Shown here one piece after another: positions 49,490-62,113 of a DNA stretch of 64,000 nt (position 1 is its first letter; every line of letters begins with the position of its first letter). The notes beneath the pieces are model-generated. The model worked only from the letters and a program-made list of their open reading frames with translations. It did not search any database and had not been told where the DNA came from. The DNA lies in contig NC_068984.1 of the NCBI RefSeq assembly GCF_001194135.2, positions 32,361,978-32,425,977 of the forward strand, written 5' to 3'. A program made the position numbers and the translations under genes. Source of the DNA: Octopus bimaculoides. Its lineage: Eukaryota.

Positions 49490-49880
49490 CCTCATATTGT
49501 TGATGTGGATGGACTTACTTGAGTACAGCAAATCACCAGTCCTTATGGTCTTGTGTTCAACATCTGAAGCTTATTCTTCACTACTTGCTCACATGCCTTG
49601 CTGAGTCTTTCTCTTCCACAGATTCCACCAACGTGCACTTCTTTATGCAGATTTCCTCATCCATACACATCACATGATCAGACCAGTATACTCTTCTTTC
49701 TTGTACTTACAACAGAATCCTCTTATGATCAATTTTTCTTGTAACACATTTACACTCTGTAGCAAATGTACAATAACATACATGTCCCACTGGATGTACA
49801 CATCCAGTGGGACATGTTAGTTTCATTTCTTTCTAGACTTCACATTCTTCTTCATTAACAGCCAAACATAGGGGAACTAC
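49490..49880 (-). mobile_element. decayed RTE LINE ORF2 C-terminal fragment
   Basis: Minus strand resembles the RRLRW.GHV.RM...VKKC...GRGRPRKTW region; homologous to 10340-10520 and 60570-60725. Confidence 0.55.
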
Positions 49881-50199
49881 TAATTTCTCATTAAATTTGT
49901 TGCTTTTATACATGGATGCTATCAATCACCTTTAATCCACCTGTAGCTTTTGTGGTAATCACTTGATGAGGGAGTGAGGGACCCTGCCAAAGGCTTTCTC
50001 CTATCTCAATAAATCCCCAAAACAGTAAATATGAATGTATGTATGTGAGTGTGTATGTACTTATGCACGTATATGTTCTCTTTGCCTTTGTGAAGGAAAG
50101 GACCTTGTTTTGTTCATCATCCCTTAAATCTTAAGGTCTTGCAGATTTTTAGAGTCCCAGTTATCATGATGATTAGTAGAGTATGAATTATAGATTTTC

Positions 50200-50640
50200 A
50201 TTCTCTCCTCAATAACTCAAATTCAGCCATATTTGCTCCAACCAGATTGCTATACCAATAATAATAGGTGTCTTGGTTACTGGATTTGCAAACTTCTTAT
50301 CCATGGTCCATAGATGTGCACTTTCTCTTGTATTTTTCTGATAGCATTGGTGTCCAGTGGGCAGTTGATTTCTTTAATAGAATATATCTTTGCCTTGTGG
50401 TTTCACACAACAATATCTGGCTGGTTGCGTTTTAAGTTCATAGCTGTTTTAACTTTTAAGCTCCACAAATATTGCTTTAACCCATCTGTCTCAATACAGA
50501 CAACATCATTTGTAGGTGTTTTCTTCTTTGTTATCCTCTTCCAGACTGTTCTGACCATTACATTATGCCTTATGGGAAGAAAACATCTGGAAGACATTTT
50601 CTCACTGTTGGAAATAATGTGGTTGATGTCATTGGTCGTA
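50200..50640 (-). mobile_element. RLE-type non-LTR 3' fragment (diverged subfamily)
   Basis: Minus strand: INHIISNSEKMSSRCFLPIRHNVMV...NLKRNQPDIVV*NHKAKIYSIKEINCPLD (zinc-knuckle region plus RLE). Confidence 0.78.
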
Positions 50641-51334
50641 GTCTTGCGTATGTATGTATGTATGTATCTATCTATCTATCTATATATATATCTCTTTCTC
50701 AATCTATCTATCTATATATATCTTTCTCAATCTATCTATCTACTTAAGACATGTAGTGTTTCATGAGTGTAACATTTGTTGTAAATTATTTGGAATAAGT
50801 TTCACCTGCTGAAATATGCATGCATGTCTAGTGAGCACACAGCAGATGCCAGAGTCAGTAAGTAAATACATAAATGAATATGAAAACATGAACAAAATAC
50901 AAGCAGAAATATTTGAATAAGTATAGAAATAAATGGATTTATTTAAATATCAAAACATTTAAATTAATACTTTTTATGGTAAACAAAAATCCCTTTTTTT
51001 GAACTCTGTATTACTCAGTAAGGTGGTCTAACCTTAGATTTGTTAAAGAATTTTAAGTAAATTTGCAAATGCCAATCTTTCTTTCATTTTAGTTGTTTTA
51101 GTTGTTTAGTAATTTTAGCTTTTTCTTTATTCCTTTATAATTGTGAAAAAGGAAGTTCATTAAAGAAACATTAGTTAATGAATTTTATTTTAATCTTTCC
51201 TGAACAGACAGGAAATCTGGTTGATTATGTATGTGTATGTATGTGTGTATTTTTATGCATTTATACATACACATATATATACATATACATATACAGTATA
51301 TGAATATATATATATATACATACACACACGTATA

Positions 51335-51368
<34 letters not shown>

Positions 51369-52548
51369 CATATATATATACATACACAAATACATGTATA
51401 TACTTACATAATGTATATATATATATGCACGCTTGTATTTATATATCATAAACATACATACACAAACATGCATATCTATATCTGCTGACACATATGCATA
51501 TATGCACACAAATACAAGCTCGAACACTCATATATATAATCATACATACAAAATCATTTGTATATAACATCAAGTGTGTTTTATGGTCTTGTTTTCACTG
51601 TTTCCAAAATTTTGCAAGTTTTTAACTTGTTCAGTTCTGTCTAAATACCTATAAACAATGTGGCTATAGCAGCATATTAAAACGACTGAATATCTTTGAT
51701 TTGATTAGAGCTATAAACTTTAAGCACTTCTGTACACAGATGTGTATGTGTGTCTATGTATACATACATACACACATACATATATATTGTATATGTGTAT
51801 GTGTATATATATATATATGTATGTGTGTGTGTACGTATGTGTATGTGTGATGCATGCATGTATGTGTGGATGTATTTCATTAGAAATATGTTATAATGGA
51901 ATGAAGAAATATATAGTTTCCTCAAAGATTTTCTAAATAGTTTTTAGCCTTATTTTGCTTTATATATTCAAGTGCTATGGAAACCGTTTTAGATCATTTC
52001 TTTATTATATACAATTTATTTTACTCAAATCTTTCCAATTGATATCTAGTACTTTTATTAATGTTAAATATCAAAACAAGAGATTTGGTTTTTGCTGTTT
52101 AGTGCATCACTACAAAGCAATATATTATAAAAATTGTCTGAGTGTCTCTGTATGAGAGACAGCATGTGTATGTTTACATACAGAAGCAGGTGAAATGATG
52201 AAGTGAAATAAGTTAGGGGTTCTCGAAAGCTAGAGGGAGACTATATTATTAGTATTTCTATATATGTGTACAAGGTCTGGCAGCTAAGGTTAGTATGGCT
52301 AAAGCTAGTTTGATTTGAAACTCTTAGTACACTCTAACAGATATATTTTTATTAGTATTTGAATGGAAGAAAATGACAAAATCAAAAATTACATGCAGCA
52401 TGTATCCTAATGCTATTACTTGATTTTGTTTGGCCCCATTTTATATACAAACATATGTATATGTATATAATTCATTTTCTAGAGATAAAATTTTCTCTAT
52501 ATACAGGACACATTAAAGTGCTCAATATATTTGAGCCATAGGATAATA

Positions 52549-53125
52549 GAAAAATTAATGATGAGAGACAAAAGATAGGTTACTAAAATATATTCTGTTG
52601 AAAAATTATTATGTGCACTAAATCATACACTAAAAATATATAGATATGTAAATATATAAATACACTTAAAAATATATAGATGTAAATATATAAAGATACT
52701 AAGAATATATTAAGAACATAAAATATATAATCCTACTTACAAGAAAAACGAGATTAAAATTATATACACAGAATGAGTAGAGTGTAGAAAATATTGTAAA
52801 TCCATATAGAGGTTTATAATTTGTTAAAATCTGACAGTCATTTCTGGGGGCATAGTGGTGCAAAATATGCAATAGAATGGATTTACAATATTTTGTATCA
52901 TCACCTATTCTGTGTACATAATTTTAATATTGCTTTTATTGTAAGAAAGACTATATATTCTACGTTCTTAAAATATTCTTAGCATATTTATATATTTCTA
53001 TCTATATATTTTAAACTTATTTTTAGTATATCTATATAGTTTAAGTATATGATTTTGTGCACACAATAATTTTACAACAGAATATATTTTAGTAACCTAT
53101 CTTTTCTCTCTCATCCTTATTTTTC
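52549..53125. repeat. long inverted repeat (fold-back), ~250-bp arms, ~70-bp spacer
   Basis: aaaagataggttactaaaatatattctgttg (52571) versus caacagaatatattttagtaacctatctttt (53076); 52549-52805 pairs with 52877-53125. Confidence 0.9.
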
Positions 53126-53129
53126 ATGC

Positions 53130-53390
53130 CATCATCATTTAACGTCTGCTTTCCATGCTAGCATGAGTTGGACGATCTGACTGGAGACTGGCAAACCAGT
53201 TGGTTACAGCAGACTCCAATCTGATATGGCAGAATTTCTACAGCTGGATGCCCTTACTTATGCCAACCACTCTGAGAATGTAGTGGATGCTTTTTACGTG
53301 CCACTGGCATGAGGGCCAGTCCGGCGGTACTGGCAATGGCCATGCTCAAATGGTGTTTTTTACGTGCCACCTTCACAGGAGTCAGTCCAA
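53130..53390 (-). mobile_element. RTE LINE 3' end
   Basis: catcatcatttaacgtctgctttccatgctagcatg...ctacagctggatgccc. Confidence 0.82.
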
Positions 53391-53582
53391 TGTATATATG
53401 TATATACATGTGTACACGTATATACATACACATATATGTAAGTATAATCTATCTATCTATATATATATATATATATATGTTCTTTTATTCTTTTACTCAT
53501 TTCTGCCATGTGGCTGTGGTCATGCTGGAGCACCACCATGGATATATGTATATGTATATATATAAGTACATATATATAAGTA

Positions 53583-53954
53583 CTGTGTGGTAAGTAGCTT
53601 GCTAACCAACCACATGGTTCCGGGTTCAGTCCTACTGTGTGGTACCTTGGGCGGGTGTCTTCTACTATAGTCTCGGGCTGACCAAAGCCTTGTGAGTGGA
53701 TTTGGTAGATGGAAATGGAAAGAAGCCCATCGCATGCATATATGTGTGTGTGTGTCTGTGTTTATATGTCCGTGTTTGTCCCCCTAACATTGCTTGACAA
53801 CTGATGCTGGTGTGTTTACGTCCCTGTAACTTAGCAATTCAGCAAAAGAGCCCAATATAATAAGTCCTGGGGTCGATTTACTCGACTAAAGGCAGTGCTC
53901 CAGCATGGCCGCAGTCAAATGTCTGAAATAAGTAAATGAATAAAAGAATGAATA
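53583..53954 (+). mobile_element. SINE family B
   Basis: ctgtgtggtaagtagcttgc...ggttccgggttcagtcc head through to the aaagaatgaata tail. Confidence 0.9.
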
Positions 53955-54713
53955 NNNNNNNNNNNNNNNNNNNNNNNNNNNNNNNNNNNNNNNNNNNNNN
54001 NNNNNNNNNNNNNNNNNNNNNNNNNNNNNNNNNNNNNNNNNNNNNNNNNNNNNNNNNNNNNNNNNNNNNNNNNNNNNNNNNNNNNNNNNNNNNNNNNNNN
54101 NNNNNNNNNNNNNNNNNNNNNNNNNNNNNNNNNNNNNNNNNNNNNNNNNNNNNNNNNNNNNNNNNNNNNNNNNNNNNNNNNNNNNNNNNNNNNNNNNNNN
54201 NNNNNNNNNNNNNNNNNNNNNNNNNNNNNNNNNNNNNNNNNNNNNNNNNNNNNNNNNNNNNNNNNNNNNNNNNNNNNNNNNNNNNNNNNNNNNNNNNNNN
54301 NNNNNNNNNNNNNNNNNNNNNNNNNNNNNNNNNNNNNNNNNNNNNNNNNNNNNNNNNNNNNNNNNNNNNNNNNNNNNNNNNNNNNNNNNNNNNNNNNNNN
54401 NNNNNNNNNNNNNNNNNNNNNNNNNNNNNNNNNNNNNNNNNNNNNNNNNNNNNNNNNNNNNNNNNNNNNNNNNNNNNNNNNNNNNNNNNNNNNNNNNNNN
54501 NNNNNNNNNNNNNNNNNNNNNNNNNNNNNNNNNNNNNNNNNNNNNNNNNNNNNNNNNNNNNNNNNNNNNNNNNNNNNNNNNNNNNNNNNNNNNNNNNNNN
54601 NNNNNNNNNNNNNNNNNNNNNNNNNNNNNNNNNNNNNNNNNNNNNNNNNNNNNNNNNNNNNNNNNNNNNNNNNNNNNNNNNNNNNNNNNNNNNNNNNNNN
54701 NNNNNNNNNNNNN
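53955..54713. other. assembly gap (N run)
   Basis: N run. Confidence 1.
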
Positions 54714-55279
54714 AAGGCTGACAGGAAGCGGTCCCGCTTCCTAGGGCTAAACAACAGTAGTGTATTCCCTTATTGGGATTGTCACATTAAGTTGACAATA
54801 TACTACAACTTTATATATACTACAACTTTATATATATATACATATATATGAGTACATATATATATCTAAATTCTGTACGACTCTCTTACTCTTTCTTTTA
54901 GCCTCTTCACACCTTTGTTCTTGCCACTTTTCTTTTTCTCTCTCCCCCTCTCTCGCATTTCTTGACCTTCCTTTCATTCTTCCTTTCCCTCCTCTCTTAC
55001 CTCACTCTGTCTCTTTCCTTTTTTTTTCTTTCTTTCTCGACCCTCCCTAATTCTTCAATCCCTTTGCCCCTACCTTTTTCCTCTTCTTCTATGTAACAGG
55101 TGTTCCACCAAGCCTGACCTTTCTTTTTTTGGTTCGACTACCATCCATGTAGCATCTCTTATATTCCTTCCCATGACTTTCATCTCTTATGTCACTACTG
55201 TAAGGCTTCGTTTCCATACACGCCACCTTAATTTAATTCATCCTCAGTCAAAAGATACCTGCCGTCAATGTTCTATTGT

Positions 55280-55480
55280 TTGTATTTGTTTGTGCTCCCA
55301 CCATTGCTTTAGACTGATGTTGGTGTGTTTATGTTCCCTGTAACTTAGTGGTTCATCAAAAGAGACTGATAGAATAAGTACTAGGCTTACAAAGAAAAAG
55401 TCCTGGGATTGATTTGTTTGACTAAATGCAGTGCTCCAGCATGGCCATAGTCAAATTACTGAAACAAGTAAAAGAATATA
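55280..55480 (+). mobile_element. SINE family B, 3' half
   Basis: ctgatgttggtgtgtttatg...agtactaggcttacaaag...gaaacaagtaaaagaat. Confidence 0.82.
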
Positions 55481-55569
55481 TATATGTTTATTATTGTAAT
55501 TTTGACATTAAGAGTCCCTCCTAGCATGAGACATTTATATATAGTAATGCCCTTAATATAAATGACTAA

Positions 55570-56110
55570 ACTGAAAGGAAATATTGTGGAGAGGAGGATA
55601 TCTATTTCCTTTTTGAAGACATCTACTTCCACCTTATACAGATTTCATAATTTTTGTGGCAGGGCGTTGAAGAGCTGTGGGATTTTGAACCCTAGGGTAT
55701 TGGAGTACCTGGTCCTGAATTTAGATGGAGTGGATAGTATCTTTGGTACAATACAATGGTGGCTAGTTCTGACATTTGTATAACACTCAATGCTGAAATT
55801 AGGTACTAGCTCTTCTAGTGTTTTCCACATGTAGATTATTACATATCTGTCGTGCCTTCTCTCCAGGCAATAAAGCTGCAGTTTTACTAGCCTATCTGTA
55901 GCTTATCCACTGCGCTGTTTGAATCTTTTCTGTGTAGTGGCATTGGACTGATTCAGGCCCCACTGTTAGTTTGGCACTATGTGGTAACCATAACTGGGAG
56001 CAGTACAGGTGGCTGAGAGCAAAGGTTCTCCATGGGGTCGACAGTTTCTCGGTCTCTTGTCTTGAAAGACCTCAATATCCATCCTGCCACTTGTCTGCAC
56101 CTTGCTGCCA
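55570..56110 (-). mobile_element. CR1/Jockey-group LINE RT C-terminal fragment
   Basis: Minus strand: AGWILRSFKTRD...YCSQLW...LQLYCLERRHDRYVIIYMWK...RYSNTLGFKIPQLFNALPQKL...FKKEIDILL. Confidence 0.82.
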
Positions 56111-56313
56111 TATATATATATATACAAAGTATGGGGGGTTTAGTTCACAGGTGATCTAAACGATTAGCTACACTAGGTAAGTGCTGTAACAGATTACTAG
56201 GGCTCCAAGGTTATAGACGAGATGATAGTTATGAGCCATTGCAGATATCTGGTATAGCGGATATATAATTGTTAAAGAGAACAACAAGCAAATGCATATA
56301 TAGTCATATACAT

Positions 56314-56344
<31 letters not shown>

Positions 56345-56381
56345 TATACATTATATATGTATATATCATCATCATCGTTTA

Positions 56382-56560
56382 ATGCCCATTTTCTATGCGG
56401 GTATAGATTTGACGGTTTGACAGGGGACTGGCAAGCCAGTAGGCTGCACCAGCTCCAATCTGATCTAGCAAGGTTTCTACAGCTTGATGCCCTTCCTAAA
56501 GCCAGCTACTCTGAGAGTGTAGTGGGCACTTTTTACATGCCACCAGCACATATCACACGC
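56382..56560 (-). mobile_element. RTE LINE 3' end
   Basis: catcatcatcgtttaatgccc...ttctacagcttgatgcccttcc. Confidence 0.8.
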
Positions 56561-57567
56561 ACACACATATGCGAGTACATGGAGCCATATACACAAACAC
56601 ACACCCACATATATATATATATATTGTTGAATGAATTAAAACATGGTAAGTCCCTGCCACTTGGAAGCAAGCAAATGTACAAAACTTTTCAATAAAGTTT
56701 TTCTCACAGAATATTGGCAGATTAACATATAGGAATGACCTTTTGAACACTGGCCTTCAGTGCTGCCTTATTGCTATTTCATTACATTTCAATAATCAAT
56801 GAAGCATAGGTTGCTATAAACAAAACACAAAGGGCATCAGTTTCTGTAATGTATTTGTATCTACTTTGTTTATTTTCTTCTTGATTTTATTAAAAATTTA
56901 TAGATTAACAAAAATTGCTAATAATGTGCTTATGTGTTATGCTATATTAAGGTTGACCTCAAATTTTCCTTTTAGCCTTTAAACAGACTGGCAATTGAAA
57001 ATAGATTATATGCCCATAGCTGCAAAAACAATGAGCTGAATATGTGATTAAATGCTTTATTATTCATGTTGTTATCACAATGAATATTGATATGAAGTGT
57101 GTAGTAGTAATAATACAATTGGTAGGGAAAAAAAATGAATTGAAATGTTTTTTTGTTTAATTTTATTTTTGTTTTGTTATTTTTATCTTGTCTAAGATTT
57201 ATGGATTGCTGTTAAATTTTTTGTTGAACTGGCTTTACCACAAATCTCGCTTTGAGATGTGAAGGATAATAAAAAAAAGAAAAAAATCTATCAAATGGTA
57301 TGTCCCATAAATCACCAAATTATTTGCACGAGTAAAGATATTGTCTTCATCTTGTATCAGGACAAATCAATTTGGTGAAAAGCATTTCTTCCAAGCACTA
57401 TTTATGAGACGATTTGATATTAGCACTACATTTCATGCAAATTAATGTATATTGAAAAATACATATGTGTATGTTTGTGTGTGATGTGCACATATATAAA
57501 GCACACACACACATGCATGCGTGCACACACATACATGCATGTGCGTACATGAACACACACACGTACA

Positions 57568-57711
57568 TTACTTTGGTCGAATCAGCTTCTTGCTATGTTG
57601 AGTTTTACCTGTAGATGCATAGAATCTTCTGGTAAATCATAACTTGCCTGAAGATCTTTTTGTCATACAGGTAAAACTCAGAGTAGCAAGAAACTGATAT
57701 GACCAAAATAA
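57568..57711. mobile_element. small MITE-like hairpin element (~45-bp imperfect TIRs)
   Basis: tttggtcgaatcagcttcttgctatgttgagttttacctgta versus tacaggtaaaactcagagtagcaagaaactgatatgaccaaa. Confidence 0.72.
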
Positions 57712-57732
57712 AATATATTAATTTAAGTGGAA

Positions 57733-58107
57733 GTGCAAATGGCCCAGTGGTTAGGACAGCAGACTCACAGTCGTAGGATCGTGGTTTCGATTCCCAGACC
57801 GGGCATTGTCAGTGTTTATTGAGCGAAAACACCTAAAGCTTTACAAGGCTCCAGCAGGGGGTGGTGGCAGATCCTGCTGTACTCTTTCACCACAATTTTC
57901 TCTCACTCTTTCTTCCTGCTTCTGTTGCACCTGTATTTTGAAGGGCCAGCCTTGTTACACTCTGTGTCACGTTGAATCTCCCCGAGAACTACATTAAGGG
58001 TACACGTGTCTGTGGAGTGCTCAACTACTTGCACATTAATTTCACGAGCAGGCTGTTCCATTGATCGGATCAACTGGAACCCTCATCGTCATAACCAACA
58101 GAGTGCC
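57733..58107 (+). mobile_element. SINE family D, full length, long-tail variant
   Basis: tggcccagtgg A box, ggtttcgattccc B box, core and tail ...gcaggctgttcc...ccaacagagtgcc. Confidence 0.9.
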
Positions 58108-58563
58108 ATGATGACAATATTAATCTAAACTTTACTATGTTATTAAATACATTTTTCTGACAATTAACACTAAAAGACTATGAGAGTATTATTGATCACT
58201 TGAAGCATTGTGTATTGTTTGTGAAATATAGCGTGTCTTGAATGGTACAACAATGCAGAGTGGACTATGATAACTGTTATAATTTAATTATTCATAGTCT
58301 GATATAAAAATTCCTTCTTCTCTCTACATATATATATTTATATGCATATATGTTGTTCCTTAAGAAGGTTATTTTATCTATAAAGCACACACACACACAC
58401 ACACACACACATTGATTCTATTTTCTTAAATTTTATTATGAATATCAGTCAACTAGATGACTAATTAGACAAATAACTAACCAACTGCCTAACTATTCAT
58501 CATTCAATCACTCAAACTTTCAGAGTCCTTTTGTCACTGTTTGTTACCTCATCAATGATATAC

Positions 58564-58678
58564 CTTTATTCTTTAGTTTCAACACAATGTATCTATTCTG
58601 GACAGAGAATATTTTGTTAGTGTTCTCATAATTTAGAAGTCCTCTGCTTTCCTGTGATTCTTTCCTCTCTCCAAATTT
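58564..58678 (-). CDS. weak candidate exon (phase 0-1), KFGERKESQESRGLLNYENTNKIFSVQNRYIVLKLKNK
   Basis: Open frame starting right after atttag and ending at AAG|gtatat; the acceptor is mediocre. Confidence 0.18.
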
Positions 58679-59289
58679 CTAAATCTATTCAAACATATAT
58701 GAACTTGTTCTCATTCATATACACATCTACCAACACATGCATATTTGCTTATACATACATGCATATACATTATACAGACATACATACACACACACACATA
58801 TACATATAGTATGATAGAAATAAGAAGGTAATATTTTTTTGAATGCAGAGTTGCTGTTAGAACAGCAGAAATATTGGGTGAATTACCCTTACAAGGCTTG
58901 TAAGCACTAGCGTAGCTGGGGGTGGGGTAGGGGTGGTCTGCTCCCAGGTGGCAATTTTAAAGGAGCACCACTTTCGGGTCTCCTGTAGGCAATATGTGTT
59001 ATGCATGTGTGTGCATGTGTGTAATTCTGTGTGTATGCATGTGTGTATGTGTGTGTGCATGTGTGTACTTTATTAAAAACATGACAATGATCCAGTCTTA
59101 TTTTTTTTTATTAAAATTTCTCCTATTTCTATATAAAGCTTCTGCAGTTTGGAGCAATAAATTTCCTAGATCCAAAATCGAGGTCTCTAGACATTCACAG
59201 CCTCATCATCAGGATATGAAATATATTTGATTTCTGTATTGCTACTTTTATCGTAATTGAATTAATGTATATTTTACCACCATAGACTT

Positions 59290-61650
59290 CTTTACATTAG
59301 GCTTCCATGTGAGCAGTCTCTTGTCAATATAACCAAAACAAGGAGAAATTTGAAATCAAAATTGAAATCAAATAACACTACCAAAACGTAAGATATTCAA
59401 GAGCAAAAATATTATAATATCAACAACTCATCTGATGACTTACATCATGGCAAATGTAATAAAAATAGATTCCCAAAAAATAACAAACAAATATTGAATG
59501 AAAACCTAAAAGGCACCACACTACTGAAAATATAACAACATAAATATTTACAAGTGTGACAAAAATATGTTCCTAATCATGGATAGAGAGGGAGAAAATG
59601 GAAAAATTAATAATTTACTCTCAGTGAGATGCAAATTCACAAAGATTAAGAAATGCAACTCCAAACAATAAGAAGTGAAATTAAATTAATTCCAGCAATA
59701 AAGGCACAAATAGGATCCCCTTACTTTCAAAATTCTGAAGTGAAATTCTCTGCAGCAGATATAAATGGCCCATTAAAAATCCATAAATGAAACAATCCCT
59801 TTCTACCATAATACTCCAGATAAATACACTTACTCCTTAAATGAGGAAGCAAATAGACAGCATTAGTGAGGAATACTCACCAAAGAAATACATTTAAAGG
59901 TTACATTTTAGAGGGTACTGACAACATTGATATCATCTCTATTCTAGATGTAGAAAGCTTGTTCCTTAATGTCTCAGAAATTATGGAAATTATAATAGAG
60001 ATCATATATAAGCTCACCAACATAAAATCACCAGTGATATCAGCAAACTTATTTAAACATCTACTAATGTTATGTTTCCCTTAAGTATCATTTCACTGCC
60101 CACTTGATAATTTCTACAAATGATAGGAAAGCCATGGGTTCTCGCTTTGGAAGTATATTTGTGGCATTCTGTCTATCCAAAATAAGGAAAAGAATAATAT
60201 CAAAGCATAAATATATATATATACACAAGACATATTATTTGTAAATTATTTGTTCATACAGATATGTTATTTGTAATCATCATCATCATCATCATCATCA
60301 TCGTTTAACGTCCGCTTTCCATGCTAGCATGGGTTGGACAATTTGACTGATGACTGGTGAAACCGAATGGCAACACCAGGCTCCAATCTAAATTTGGCAG
60401 AGTTTCTACAGCTGGATGCCCTTCCTAACGCCAACCACTCAGAGAGTGTAGTAGGTGCTTTTACGTGTCACCTGCACGAAGGCCAGTCAGGCGATACTGG
60501 CAACGGCCACGCTCGAAATGGTGTCTTATATGTGCCACCCGCACAAGCCAGTCCAGGGGCACTGGCAACGATCTTACTTGGCTTGCCGGGTCTTCTCACG
60601 CACAGCACACGTCCAAAGGTCTCGGTCAGTAGTCATCGCCTCGGTGAGGCCCCAATGTACGAAGGTCTTGCCTCACCACCTCAGCCCAGGTCTTCCTGGG
60701 CCTACCTCTTCCACGAAAACATGTTGAGGAACTAAAACATGATTACGAAACAATTCTGTACCAAAATTTAACACCCAGAATAATACAAATGAGATTCTGT
60801 TTCCAGACATAAGTATATAGATAGGAAAACAGGTATATTATTTTTGTATGCATCAAAGAATCAAGCAAATGGATATACCAACACAGAAACTGCAAATACT
60901 CATATAACTATGAAATGTCAGGGGTAAAATCACTACTTAGAAGGGCATTTGTATTCTTGTCTTCAGATGAGGAGCTTGAAGAAGAAATCCACAGACTAAA
61001 ACAAACATTAATTATCAACAGACATTCCAGGAAGCCTGTAGACCAAGCAACAGATGAAGATAGACACATATACATACAAAGAATACAGTCAATGAAATAC
61101 ATAAATTACTCATAAAATTTGTTATATGAATCAAATGCATAAAGCCTATTGAACAGATGAATACATAGTCAAAAACCTCATAAAACCTGACACAAAATGT
61201 ATCATGCATGACCATAAAGTAAATCTAATAATATTTTCCAAAAAAACATCAAAACCAAAAACCCCTATCAATAACACAGCACAAGTGTTGAAACCCACAA
61301 AGAAGCTACTAATAACCAATAGGATCTACAAATTTGATCATAAAACTGAGAGTTGTGAATTTCGGGACTTCAGCTGTAATATTGGCCAAAATAGTATGAC
61401 AATTTTTTTTTAAGCTTAGTATTCAATTACAGCCAAGAGTAATTACAGTACACTACACCACATACTACAAAACAGTGTTATATAGAAAAATGCTAGTGGA
61501 TAATACAGACATATTATATAAAACCCCTCAAACAGTAAACAATCATGAAAGCAATACTTATTTCAAAATGCAATGCTGAAATAAGCATTCAAACATTGCA
61601 AATATTAACATGTAATGTTGACATGAAAGCCAAACAGTGAAAAAAAGCAG
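59290..61650 (+). mobile_element. Penelope-like retroelement, decayed (RT plus downstream region)
   Basis: SILDVESLFLNV (PLE SLDV.SLF.NV motif), AMGS motif, and thumb-like RRAFVFLSSDEELEEEIHRLKQTLIINRH; many stops and frameshifts; ends approximate. Confidence 0.75.
60278..60725 (-). mobile_element. young 5'-truncated RTE LINE (ORF2 C-terminus, 3' UTR, (GAT)n) inserted in the Penelope-like element
   Basis: Minus strand: FRGRGRPRKTWAEVVRQDLRTLGLTEAMTTDRDLWTCAVREKTRQAK*, then the family tail; CpG-rich. Confidence 0.92.
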
Positions 61651-62033
61651 AAACATTGGGGTGGAAAAACCTACATAAATTTGACTACTATAAATCAGAG
61701 TATCTTGTGAAAGCCTAACAGCCATAAACTCTACATAAACTCAGTTGTAATAGAAGAGGTAATACAGGAGCCAAATATAGTTTATATCCTGATGATATTG
61801 CAAAAATCTAGAAACCTCTATCATGTATGTAGAAACTTTATTCCATACTTAATGCAAAACTTTATACAGAAAAATGAAAGGTCTTTAATAAAAAAGGTAA
61901 AATAAGAACATGTATAAAAGAGAAGTTGCTCCTTACATACATACCCACACATTCATGTATATTAATTTATAAATTCTTATGATGTCAACAGTATATGCAT
62001 ATAAAAAAAATGTATGTGTGAATGTGTATGACT

Positions 62034-62113
62034 GTGTGAAAGAGAAAGAAAAAAGAGAGGGCAAGTATGTGAGAGAGAAAGAAAAAAGAGAGGGCAAGTA
62101 TGTGAGAGAGAAA
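62034..62113. repeat. short tandem duplication of a ~33-bp unit
   Basis: agagaaagaaaaaagagagggcaagtatgtgag repeated about 2.3 times. Confidence 0.85.

Noticed and set aside
56151-56176. Segment bounded by ttcacag and a perfect tag|gtaagt donor
   Set aside because: Stops in all frames; could only be non-coding and has no other support.
57733-57805. tRNA-like sequence with A and B boxes (also the heads of SINE families A and B)
   Set aside because: These are SINE heads continuing into SINE bodies; no complete cloverleaf.
59259-59300. Candidate minus-strand exon RLLTWKPNVKKSMV
   Set aside because: Overlaps the start of the Penelope-like element on the plus strand.
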